Origin: Octopus vulgaris | Lineage: Eukaryota | DNA: 64,000 nt | Assembly (NCBI GenBank): GCA_951406725.2 | Contig: OX597823.1 | Location: forward strand, 68,758,001 to 68,822,000 | Direction: 5' to 3' | Shown: piece after piece, positions 38,293 through 49,610 of the stretch | Position numbering within the stretch: the first letter of the stretch is position 1 | How the letters are laid out: each line of letters starts with the position of its first letter | Notes under the pieces: generated by a model | What the model saw: only the letters and a program-made list of their open reading frames with translations | Told to the model about the DNA's origin: nothing | Databases searched by the model: none | Program-made: the position numbers and the translations under genes

Positions 38293-40065
38293 ATGCTTCA
38301 GGTTGTATTTCATCGGGGCCTGCTGCCTTTCCCAACTTAAGGAACTTGATGGCTTTGATGATCTCAGCCTTGGTTAGTGGGTTGTTGTTGATGTCTAGGA
38401 GCTTGGTCGGTTGTGGGATGTCTGGTGGGACTGATGGTGCAGGTCTGTTTAGTGTTCCTTAAAGTGCTCTACCCATCATGCTCTGTGTTCTTCTTCACCT
38501 GGGATAATGCTTCTATTCTTGTCTTTGACTGAACAGCTAGGGTTGCCGGCTTCTCCAGAGAGTGTTCTGGTGATCTCATATAGTCTCTTCATGTTCCTTT
38601 GGACTGCTACAGTCTCTGCCTCCTTAGTCAGCTCCTCAATGAAATTTCTCTTGTCCTCACATCCTGGTTTTTCTCCCAATAATGTGCTTGTAGTTTTTGC
38701 TTCTGTCCTTGATCTTGTGTCTGGCTGGTCTTTCAGTTGTTTTCTCTCTGTGGTCAGTTTCCATGTCTCCTTGTTAACCACTCCTTGCATTTACTCATCT
38801 TCTTCCCAAGGACTTTTGTGCATGTTGTCCTCCAGACCTCACTGTACTACTGTTCTTCTATTGTTTCCTTTGGTAATTGTGAAAGTGCACTAAACTTATT
38901 CTTCAGTTCAACTTTGAAACTTTCTGGTATTTCTTTCTCTTATAGGTTGTGTACATCGTACATGTGTGATGGTCTTCCTGCCTAGTTGTTGTAGGCTTTC
39001 AACTTTGTCCTGAAAACTGCCACTACCAGGTGGTGATCTGATGCTACATCAGCTCCGCACTTCACCCTGATCTCATGCAGGCTTCTTCGCCACTTTCAGT
39101 CAATGGTGATGTGGTCAATCTGGTTCTCAGTCTGGCCATAAGGGGAAACCCATGTTGTCTTGTGGATTTTTTTGTAGAGAAAGACTGTCCCTCCTATGAC
39201 TAGGTCGTTGAAGGAGTAAAATTCTGTAAAAAGTTCGCCATTTTCATTTTGTTCTCTGATGTCATGTCTGCCATGAACCGTTCTCTGTCTTTGTTGTCTG
39301 TTCTCACCTTTGCATTCAGGTTCCCATAAGGATCTTCAGGTCTCCCTTTGGTGTTTTATCCATAACTGGTTGGGGTTGCTCATAGAACTCTTCTTTGTCC
39401 ACTATATTGGCTGCATATGTGGGTGCATAGCACTGTAAGATGGTAACTTCCTTACCCTTTGAGTTGAATCTTGCAGTCAGGATCCTTGGCGACACTGGTT
39501 CCCAGGACAGCATTACTTGTATCACTTCAGGTGTTATCCACAGTGCTACTCTGTCTGTGTGTGGCTGGCCTTCTTTCTGTCCAGAGTAGATGATGGTGTT
39601 GCCCCTTGTGAGCCCTGTACATCCTGTTCCCATCCATCTTGTCTCGCACAAACCAAGTATCTTCAGATTGTAACTGTTCATCTCTCCACACACATGTGCA
39701 CTTCTTTCTGCCTCATATAGGGTTTGGGTGTTCCTGGTCCTTATCCTGATTTCGGTCTTGGTTGTCAGAAGAGTTGTCAGTGCACTGGCTTCATGAAGGC
39801 TTTCATCAGCTTGCATCATGGTCTATACCAGAGAGGACTCTTCCATGACCACGTCATTTGAGAGTGCTATTGCAGTTTCTGTAACAGGTATGTTTTTTAC
39901 TAGACCAGGTTGTTAGCCCAATGCTAAACCCCCAACCTGGAGGGCCAGTTGAGTACTCTTCAACCTGTCTGGCTTGGGTGGTCCTACCAGGAAGCAAATC
40001 TTCTACCAGCATAGCTCTGATGGTCATGGAAACACACAAGCCCCACAACCAACGACAAGATTGTA
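38293..40065 (-). mobile_element. RTE LINE 5' part (5' UTR, APE endonuclease, linker), degenerate
   Basis: ILGLCETRW, IIYSG, PVSPRILTARF, ILQCYAPT, KEEFY, ILMG, ENQIDHI and ASDHHLVV endonuclease motifs; ends at EIIKAIKFLKLGKAAGPDEIQPEA. Confidence 0.92.
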
Positions 40066-40085
40066 CTCACCTGCATGCATGCATC

Positions 40086-40282
40086 AATGCAATACCACAT
40101 GAAGCATTGAAGGCAGACATTCAGACTTCAACTGAGATGCTGTGCTCTCTCCTGAAGAAGTTCTGGGAACAGGAGAGAGTGCCAGAAAACTGAAAGGAAG
40201 GACACCTGGTAATGCTGCCTAAGAAAGGGGACCTGTCATCCTGTAATAACTGGGGGAATCATACTGTTAACCATCCCAGGGT
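40086..40282 (+). mobile_element. Continuation of the same RTE ORF (start of RT) in the opposite orientation
   Basis: NAIPHEALKADIQTSTEMLCSLLKKFWEQERVPEN*KEGHLVMLPKKGDLSSCNNW is the sequence that normally follows KAAGPD in RTE ORFs. Confidence 0.85.
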
Positions 40283-40637
40283 AAGTTTCAGACAATACTG
40301 ATGCTGCCCAGTCATAACCATAGTCCTATGACTGAAACCAGTTAAAGAATGTAAAAATAATATGAATTCTCTTGGGCATTGAGTGGGTGGGTAATAAAAA
40401 ATTTATGTTTGCCCTCAATTTCATGGTGTAAAGAAAATTGCAGAAAATTCCTCACCTGAATAATTTATCAGTCAATAATGTAACATTTCCAAATAGTTTA
40501 TAGTCATTCAGAATAGCTGAACTTTTTTGTATTAACTTAGTCGAAAAGGAGCATAACCACAGGCTGTAGATATTTTCATTTAAACTAATGGCATTGAACT
40601 TTAAATTAAAATAATTTATATCCAACATAAGTAGATT

Positions 40638-40712
40638 TTAATGCATCTGAACTTCTTTAGGTTGAAACATGCAGGGAAATAATGCGCAAAGGAGTTCCAG
40701 TGTGCTGTAGTT
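40638..40712 (-). CDS. Candidate alternative terminal exon (NYSTLELLCALFPCMFQPKEVQMH* in phase 0, or ELQHTGTPLRIISLHVST* in phase 1)
   Basis: Strong polypyrimidine acceptor cttttctctctag; otherwise weak support. Confidence 0.25.
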   Translation of the reverse strand, partial: NYSTLELLCALFPCMFQPKEVQMH

Positions 40713-41324
40713 CTAGAGAGAAAAGTTTGAATAATGTATTTAGTTTAAGGCTTGACAGGTGAGATTCAGTAAAGACAGGAGTAGGCCACATTGGCTGAAG
40801 TTGGTGGAAACAGTACAAAGATGCTAATTCATAGAATATAGAAACATTGTAAAATGTTAGGAGAGTACAACACATAGTTGTTGCAACATGTTGATGAATG
40901 AAGGTATTAAGAAATTTTTTAAATCTAAAATTCTTGTTTGTGTATGTAGTTGCTGCCCTGTTTCAAGTATGTAAATAGTATTCTACTCTGGGTTGTACTT
41001 GCCCCTTGCAGATAGTCAACAATTATTCAAAACAGAAGTATTTTCTATTTGTGAAGAGAAAATTAAATTTTTGAGATGGTGTTTTTGTCTGTTACTGATG
41101 TATAGACACCAAGAGCAGCATTGCCTGTGACTTTCCTTGATATGGGATAAGAATGACAATTTGATGATGTTGAATTTCACACAGTTATCATGTGCCTATG
41201 AGGGGTTGCTTTCAATATCTCTGTTCATTTAATTGGGGTATGTTTAGCATGAGGTGTCTAGGGACAAGTTATCAATGAAATAATGTAGAATAGTTTTCGG
41301 TCCAAAAATAAAATCAACAATCTA

Positions 41325-42156
41325 TGACGTCAGATCAATAAGTATCTGTACTGTTGCAATAGTAACAAAACTGAAGCACAGAGAGTAAAGCCACTTGGCA
41401 CAGATTGACCTTGACTTCTGCTGTGCAGGCTCACTAAGTTTTAATGTTCTAGCTGTTCAACGCAACGTGTGATCGTCGCATTAACCATGACAGAGAAAGT
41501 TGAGTAGAGAATCTGCATCAAATTTTGCCAAAAGCTTGGTGATACCTGGTCAGTGGCCTATGCAAAGTTTCAGAAGGTTTCCATCGTTCTCAACACAATC
41601 AAGATCTTGTGCAACAGAAACCCAAGTGTGTTTTTGGTCAACTGAAAACAGTTTTGGCACAAACTTTGCAGACTGATAATAGACTGAACTGAACCGTAAC
41701 TAGTCTGCTCATCCTCTGATAACTAACAGATGTGATTTAACAATTTCCTCTCACAGCTGCATGCACATCTGCAATGTTTTTCTCAGTTCTGCTGGTTGCA
41801 CGTCTACTAGAACATACGTCAATATCGACATTTATTTACCATCTTGGAGACGTCTGAACCACTCATACACTTGTGTGCAGCTCATACACTCCTCTCCACA
41901 CACATTCTGGAAATTTGCATAAGCCTCTGAGCAGGTACCACCATAACAACTTTCTCTGTCATGATCAATACAATGATCACACGCTACATACCTTCTTTCC
42001 AAGCACTGCTGTAAATAGCAGAAGTGAGCTACAACATTAAAACTTAATAAGCCTGCAGAGCAGAGTTCAAGGTCAATCTCTACCAAGTGGCTTTACTCTG
42101 TGTGCTTTAGCTTCCTTAATATGGTAACAGTCTGGATACTTATTGATCAGACTTCG
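41325..42156. mobile_element. Mariner-derived non-autonomous fold-back element made of two inverted 5' ends
   Basis: TA at 41323-41324 and 42157-42158; ends tgacgtcagatcaataagtatc / gatacttattgatcagacttcg; both arms carry the transposase start MTEKV..; the right arm continues to QVYEWFRRLQDG. Confidence 0.85.
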
Positions 42157-42837
42157 TATAAACAACAGATTTGACTGTGGCTCACTAACAGCTAATCCAA
42201 CATCTCATTCATGTTACCATCTTCCTTTTAAAAAAATGTTCTACTCAAAAAAAAAAGAGATTTTGATCTGAAAATCCATTACTTCAAGACTCAGCTCCTG
42301 ACTAATCAGCCAAGTTGTTTTTGCAAAAGCACATAATTGAACTAATAAATAATGAGATAAGTTAGATAGGATTTGCTGAAAAAAGGTAATTAATTATAAG
42401 AATTTATAGAGAGCAAAATAGGATTGGAAGCATCAAATCAGGTAGAGATAACACTTGTTGCTAGCTTAAGTAATCAGATTATGCATGAGAATTTGTCTGA
42501 ATTATTGGTGTTACAACTGCATAAGTAGCTTCAAAGGAAAGACAAAAGAAGAAAAATGACATTCATAAGAATTTTATTAAAGCAGCAAGAAGTGTGATAA
42601 TCACTACTTATCTAAACATTATATCACAGTTTTCCAGATGGTAAAAGATATGTGTTCAAATAGAATAATATTGGATATATTTAAAAGCTGGTAGACATAA
42701 AACACGAAAACAAATAGTCTATACATTTAATTTTGCTAACAATCTTAAAAAAGAAAATAATATTTGTATTTGCCATAAGAGTAAGGTAGTCAGTAAGTTG
42801 TGTTTAACAACCTGTACTCTCCATTATTAAGTTACTG

Positions 42838-43038
42838 AGTAAGGTGACAAGCTGCCAGAATCGTTTGCATGCCGGGCAAAATGCTTAGTGGTATTTTGTC
42901 TCTCTTCATGTTTGGAGTTCAAATTCTGCCAGGGCTGACTTTGCCTTTCATCCTTTCGGGGTCGATAAATTAAGTACCAGTTATGCACTGGAGTCGATGT
43001 AATTGACTTGACTCCTTCACTGAAATTTGAAGCCCTGT
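42838..43038 (+). mobile_element. SINE family B with TSD
   Basis: GACTTTGCCTTTCATCCTTTCGGGGTCGATAAATTAAGTACC Meta-like core; ttattaagttactg repeated on both flanks. Confidence 0.85.
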
Positions 43039-43847
43039 TATTAAGTTACTGGCTCAGTTTTTATATTTGGCACTGAAGTCACTCATCTTTATGAAACTAT
43101 GCATTAAACTCACTCATCTCTATGGAAGTGCCTGGATTGAGATTGTGCATTTCAAAGATTCTGAAATTCAAGAATAATAGCAAGATCTCTGAGCTCATGC
43201 ATTACAGCTTGTCTCCATAAAATCTTTGAGGGTCTTTCCCAGGATCATAGAATATAATATCAGGCAGGTTGTGAACTCTTTCACATCATATAGAGCATCT
43301 GAACTATAAGGTAATAAACTACATTAGTGATCACTAAGTCCAAGACTATTATAATCAGGATAGAAATATTCTGTAGAGAAAGCTTCTATAAAGCATAATT
43401 TAGAGAAATTTAGATTTTTATGTAGTCAGTGAGTGTAAGCTTATCATTTGAGTTAGTGTCTTATTTGTGACATTCAAAAGAAAGACATACACTTATTCCT
43501 TCAGATCCAGAGTTAGAATTTATTCTACCTTCATTTCTCAAACTGTCTGGAAACTGAAGGTTAATAAAATTGACAACCTTCCTTTCAGTTGGAGTACTGC
43601 TGAAATTGAATGCATGTATGGCTTTAAAGGTGAGAAATTTACTTTGCAACCATATAGTTTTGGTTCTGATCTCACTGCATTACATCTTAGGAAAGTGTCT
43701 TTTAGTATAAATTCAAGTTGACCAAAGCAATCAGAATGAAAATTCCTAAAACGATACTGTGGATGCCAGTCAGAGTGGCTGTTCCCATTTGTGAGCCTCA
43801 CAACTTGGTCCTTGTATTGTTAGCTGAGTATCTTTTGTTACAAGACT

Positions 43848-43908
43848 TTAGATCAGGTATCTAATTGGAGAATGACTTTCTTCAGTCAATCTGCCATTCT
43901 TCAAGGCT
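43848..43908 (-). CDS. Candidate terminal exon (K)ALKNGRLTEESHSPIRYLI*
   Basis: Acceptor ttttttttcag after a 93-nt GT-AG intron (43909-44001); phase 2 matches the AA|gtaac donor of the upstream exon. Confidence 0.45.
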
Positions 43909-44001
43909 CTGAAAAAAAAAGGCATGTGTTCTGATTTTTCTCATCTGATTAAGTCATGTAAAAAAAGAAAAACAGTATTGCAAAAGATTGAGAAATGTTA
44001 C

Positions 44002-44135
44002 TTGTTCTTGGCCAACAAATAAACATCTTGATGCAGTCCTTCAAAATGGCAAAATTCTATCCACATGTAGGAATATAAACAAATAAATACTAAAACGATT
44101 CCAGCTACAGAAAAGTTCACCACTCCTACCATCAC
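44002..44135 (-). CDS. Candidate exon VMVGVVNFSVAGIVLVFICLYSYMWIEFCHFEGLHQDVYLLAKN with a putative transmembrane helix
   Basis: Strong acceptor ctttgtttcattcttctaccttcaccag, 44 open codons in phase 0, hydrophobic N-terminal 26 aa, donor AA|gtaac. Confidence 0.5.
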
Positions 44136-44672
44136 CTGGTGAAGGTAGAAGAATGAAACAAAGATAAAGCATTTATGAAGTGTCAAGTTGCTTAAAATAG
44201 TAACCAATTTAAATCAAAACAGAACCAAAACAACACTGATAGGAACACACTTAAGAGACGGTGTTAAAAAATTTACAACTGTTAACAATGGTGAAGATGA
44301 ATAAGTATTAGATGAATTAGCATGTAATATTTAGTGAATGAAATAACAGAAATAAGACATATCAGCAAATGTGTACACAAATATAGAGGCCAGTATTAGC
44401 AGAATAGGAAGATGATTGACCGGAAGAATTTGTACAACTTATATGTTCTCTTAATACAATTCAGAATCTTTTCTGCATGGCAGCTGAGCAGTAGAGTTTA
44501 GCAAAATGTATATGATAGACTCCATTGTGCAATGACTGCAGGAATGATTATCCCCCTTGTGTGCTTTAGCTCTAGAAAGTATACTCCATTTAAGACAGAA
44601 TTAAATTTTCCTTTAATACTGGAAAATATAGTTAGCTATATCCTAGAACTCTTGCCCTCTCTTTAATTAATT

Positions 44673-44674
<2 letters not shown>

Positions 44675-44714
<40 letters not shown>

Positions 44715-44722
44715 TTTCTCTC
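44675..44722. repeat. (CT)n microsatellite
   Basis: Visible repeat. Confidence 0.9.
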
Positions 44723-45299
44723 TATATTACCAATTTGTTTCCTATTTAGCTTTTTTCATTCTAATACCTTACTTTTTCTCAGCTTTTCTTTTTTACTGAT
44801 ATAAGCATAAAACCAATATAAATTTGATTTGGTTTACTATTTATGAAACATAATTTCTTTGATGATGCTGAAATAACAGTGGCCATGTTGAAAGAACATG
44901 AATAAAACTATTTGTGTGTGTATGTGCGTGTGGATACATACATATATACATACATATATATGTTTATTGTACTTGAAGTAAATTTGAACATTTAGTGTAC
45001 GTTTAAGTTCAAATTTCCAGTTTTATGAATTTTTACAGCTTTCCATAATTTTTGTTTCCTTAACAAATCTTTGCATGGGCAAGTACAATAGACAATTGAT
45101 AATTTTCTTTTCAAATAAAAAGAGAACAAGATATGAGAAATTTGACAAATTGATGAAGAAATTAATAATGATATAGTCAATCAGGTTTTGCCATTTGCAA
45201 AAGTTTCTATTTGAAATACTTCTCTTAGATAATGAAGGCAAAAAACACACAAAAAGTAAGAGTATGCCACTGGCTCACTTAGGTTTAATGACAAATAAC

Positions 45300-46120
45300 C
45301 AATTATCCTAAATTTTAACATAATTTCCTTCGAAATAGTCACCTTGCACAGTAATTCACTAGTCCCAGCATTCTTGTCACTCTTGAAGTTATTTTCCACA
45401 AGTGAGTCAAGGATCCTCCATGATTCTGTCTTGATTTTGACAATGATGTTAAAACTGCAACCTTTGAGCTGCATTTTCATCTTGGGGAAGAGATGGACGT
45501 CTGCAAATGCTACATCTGGCAAATAGGGTGGGTGGGGAAGTGATACCATATGGTGAGGAACTCATGAGTGAGAAGTGCTCGGTGAAAAGGTGCATTGTCA
45601 TCATAAAGAAACCAATTCTTCATGCTCCAGAGATCCAGTTGTTTTCACTGAATTTCCACCCTCAAACACTTCAAAACATCATTGATTGTCTTCCAACGAT
45701 GCTCATGCACATACTGATGAGTTTTCTTTACATTTTCAGGGTTGATGCTCATGGCAGGTCTTCAAGATTGCTCATCATCTTCCAGGGAGGTTCTTCCAAT
45801 TTTGAAGTGCCCATACCACTTGCAAAATTGCATACAACCTGTTGCCTCATTGCTGTAAGATTGCTGAAGTATGCTCAATATCTCTGTAGCAGACTTCCCA
45901 ATTTCATGTTAGCTCTTTGTTCCAACTTCCTGTCCATGACAAAAATCACAGACTACAGCATACACATGATCACAAGAACACAAATCTTACAACTTGCAAA
46001 GTAAACACAGCAATGCTACTTGGCACACTGCCTCATGAAAGTCACTGCTAACTGTTACTGTGCTGCCATCTGTTAGTGCACTACAAAACTAGTTTGGAAA
46101 CTTTTTGATAGAACCTTGTA
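45300..46120 (-). mobile_element. Degenerate mariner transposon
   Basis: LPHPPYLPDVAFADVHLFPKMK (the HPPYSPDLAPxD mariner motif), C-terminal GDYFEG, and a 5' TIR TACAAGGTTCTATCAAAAAGTTTCC at 46120; 3' TIR not found. Confidence 0.88.
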
Positions 46121-46258
46121 TTCTTAATTATGAATATTATGCTGATCTAAATTTATTTGTAACATTCTGTATGTAAAATTCCTTCTCAAATGACCAAGCA
46201 ATCTGTACAGACTATACTATGCTGAAGAGATCTAACAGAACACCAAAATATATCCATA

Positions 46259-46604
46259 CTAGCAGTATTGCCTGGCGTTGCTCGGGTTTGTTTCGACCCT
46301 TTAGAATTGGAATTTTTGAAAAGTAAAAATTTTGCATTATGTAGCTTGTTATTCTCTTTAAGTGAAAATTTTTCCGAAAAATGGCGACACAGCAGTAAAA
46401 AAAGCACCTTTTTGATGTAAATAATTTTTGGTCCTAACATGGTCTGATTTGAATTTTTTCTTCTACGGAAGAAAGAGCAAGCATTCTTCTATCATACTCT
46501 CAATTTTGGTCAACTTGTACCACAGGGTCTCGGAGGAGAAAGTGTTAGTTGATGGCTACCAAACCTGCCATACACAGACAACTTCAGCTTTATATATATA
46601 GAGA
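46259..46604 (-). mobile_element. Non-autonomous Helitron
   Basis: Minus strand starts A|TCTCTATATATATAAAG and ends with the subterminal hairpin CCCGAGCAACGCCAGG and CTAG|T, i.e. TC...CTAG inserted in AT with no TSD. Confidence 0.8.
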
Positions 46605-47706
46605 TTTGTCATTTCTGTGTAAAAGAAGCTCAAACTTCCCTTTCTAGAATGTAAATTTAAGTCTGAGAGAATTTATTTTTTGAAATTATTTCCTCTTTTC
46701 TTTGAGAGTCACTAAAATTATCCATAGGTTTTTATTTCTGTTTTCCAACTAAGAAGAAAATTTTCAATAACATTCAATACACTTCACCGTCACACATTTT
46801 CTGGTAATTTAATTATGCAAAACGTTTCTCTCGCTGATCCAGAAACACATCAATAAATATTATGAATTCAGCTGGTGTTCAAAAGACTCTATGCAAAATT
46901 AAGCTTCAGTGGCTTGCTTAAAAATAATATATGCAAACATTTTATGCTAAAATTCTTCATTCTAATTCAAGATTTGAAGCCTCAATGTGTCTAACATCGG
47001 TGATATGGAGCTGTGCCCCCTCTAAAGGTGTCTCAAAGGAGCACAGTATAACCTATGAATTTAAAAGATGGCAAAATATAGCCCTTGTGACATAATCATT
47101 TAAAACTCTAGTCACCCATAGAGCAATTTGTTCTAACATTCTGCTATGAAACATGGCAATTGTTAGTAAAATTCATCAGGTAAAAGCAACATGGTGGAAA
47201 CAGTTTATATAGGAGAAATAAAATAAAAAAAGATTTGTAAAAGACTAAGTAAAAGTCTGAATGATGATGATGTGTAAGTGGTGAGGTAATATCTCACAAT
47301 ACTGAGCATGTATCTAACCCAAGCAAGCATAGAACAACAGATGTTAAAAAGAATGATGATGATATATAGAGAAAAGAAGTTTTATTGACATTTTTATTAA
47401 CCATATTTTAATATAAAAACTAAGCTACACTTTCTAGAAAAAAATGAAATATAAAATAGCTATAATGCTTAACATGTCTATATGTAAAAAAAAATTAATT
47501 CAAACTAGTATTACTATTGGAATTCTATTCTTTTTCTAGAAGAATGAATCATTCCTATGAAAAGAAATAATGTGTTGTCAAAAAATATTGATGGGAAGAC
47601 AAAAGTTTAGCCTTCTGGCCATGACTGTACTTAATGTAAAAAAATAAACCATCTTCTAAAATGTATATTTTCTACTGGGGAATAAGTATCGATTCCCAGT
47701 AGTAAA

Positions 47707-47707
<1 letters not shown>

Positions 47708-47756
<49 letters not shown>
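47708..47756. repeat. (TA)n microsatellite
   Basis: Visible repeat. Confidence 0.95.
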
Positions 47757-47759
<3 letters not shown>

Positions 47760-48419
47760 TACACATTTTCTCTCGATTAAACCAAAAAGAATACATACAC
47801 ACTAGTATATAACAACTGGAGTGAGAGGCATTTTACACATATATTTAGATAATCATAGATGCATAAAGAGAAATACACTCATGAATCTAAAAATGGAAAT
47901 TACAATGCATATCCTTTGAAATCAAGCCCAATAATTACATTTTATCAATAATCTTGTTTTTATGTTTCAAAAGAAAGTTTTTAACTTTATAAACCAGTAG
48001 TTCATGATTTCAGATGTTCTAAATATATATAAATTTTATACTGCCATATTCATTATCCTGAAGTAATCAATATTAATTTGCTTTAATGAGATAATTAAAC
48101 ACATTTATATAAGAAATACAGTTACACATGCACACACAGAGAAAATCATATTAAAGCATTTGATACACATCCACACACACACACACACACACACACAAAT
48201 GCACATGTGACCAAGGATAAATTGTCTTATATACTATATTGTTATATAGCTTTAGTTAATGATACTTAGTGAATAATATGTGCTGGCACCAACTATTCTG
48301 CTGTGTAATTTTGCTTGAAAAGCAGATTGTTTATGGAAATATCAGGATGACCCAAGCTTGCCATCTTCATGCTCTTAACTCCAACATACAGAGAAGCATA
48401 AAATATATCAACAATGATT

Positions 48420-48628
48420 CGGCTAACTTTTCAACCAGGGGTCCACATGACCCTTGAAGGTCCATATAAGACTTTGTTGTTAGAATTTATGTGCAATAAA
48501 TTGGTTATACTTCTAAAGGCACAAAATATTTTGACAATTTTATTTTATACAATCCCTAAAATATTATAGGATTATTTTAAACATCAAATAGCTGTAGAGT
48601 TAGGCAAAAAAACCGTTGAGAACCACTG
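48420..48628. mobile_element. hAT-Charlie-like MITE
   Basis: Right end GTTGAGAACCACTG is the reverse complement of the CAGTGGTTCTCAAC Charlie-type TIR; the left end is degenerate (tcaaccaggggtcc). Confidence 0.6.
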
Positions 48629-49314
48629 CTTTAAACCATTACACAGAAAAATGCACAAATGATGTCATATTTAAATTCTTCTGTAAAATTGTCTTAACTG
48701 AAATTGTTTGAGTGAGTATTTCAGTATTATTATCATTATCATTGTTTTTACATATTTCTATTCTGACATGGCTTGCATGAGACTTAAGAAGGTTGACAAT
48801 AGGAAAAGCATTTGGTCATACAAAATCCATCTCAATTTTTCGAGTAAAGTATTTTTATTTCACTGGTCTAAGCTCATCACTGAACAATGAGATATTTGTT
48901 TAGTGAAGACCATAGATGTCACTAACTGTTGCTCAAACGATGTTAATGAAGACATGTGCAATGAACACACATACATGCACACTGAGCTCTCATACACTTT
49001 CTGCCCATGAGTTCCACTCACAAAGCTATAATAGAAGACACTTGCCTTAAATACCTCACAATGATACTGAGCCTGAAATCACAAGATTTTAAAGCAAATT
49101 CTGTTACCACACAGCCATGCCCACATCTTTAAAGAAATAATTTAAGAATTCTGTAAAAAAACAAAGAATTAGCATGCCCCATGAGATCCAAGTTAATAGA
49201 TAAATTTCATATTTAATGTTATCTTTTCAACTCTTGCAGTCTACTATTAAGCTAGAATCATATGTAAATTTCAATAATACCCAGTTATTATAATATTAAT
49301 TTATAAAACATTCA

Positions 49315-49610
49315 AGTGAGGTCGTTGCCAGTGCTGCTGGACTAACTCCTGTGGAGGTGGCACGTAAAAAGCACCATTTGAGCATGGCCGTTGCCAATAC
49401 CGCCAGACTGGCCCTCGTGCTGGTGGCACATAAAAGCACCCACTACACTCTCGGAGTGGTTGGCGTTAGGAAGGGCATCCAGCTGTAGAAACTCTGCCAG
49501 ATCAGATTGGAGCCTGGTGCAGCCATCCGGTTCGCCAGTCCTCAGTCAAATCGTCCAACCCATGCTAGCATGGAAAGCGGACGTTAAACGATGATGATGA
49601 TGATGATGAT
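49315..49610 (+). mobile_element. Family C RTE-type 3' end with (GAT)n tail
   Basis: Same body and tail as 10700-11052. Confidence 0.9.

Noticed and set aside
43195-43298. 34-codon minus-strand frame after a ttcag acceptor
   Set aside because: Weak polypyrimidine tract and a length attainable by chance.
46810-46940. Three TATGCAAA octamer-like sites
   Set aside because: None is a perfect ATGCAAAT and such words are common in AT-rich DNA.
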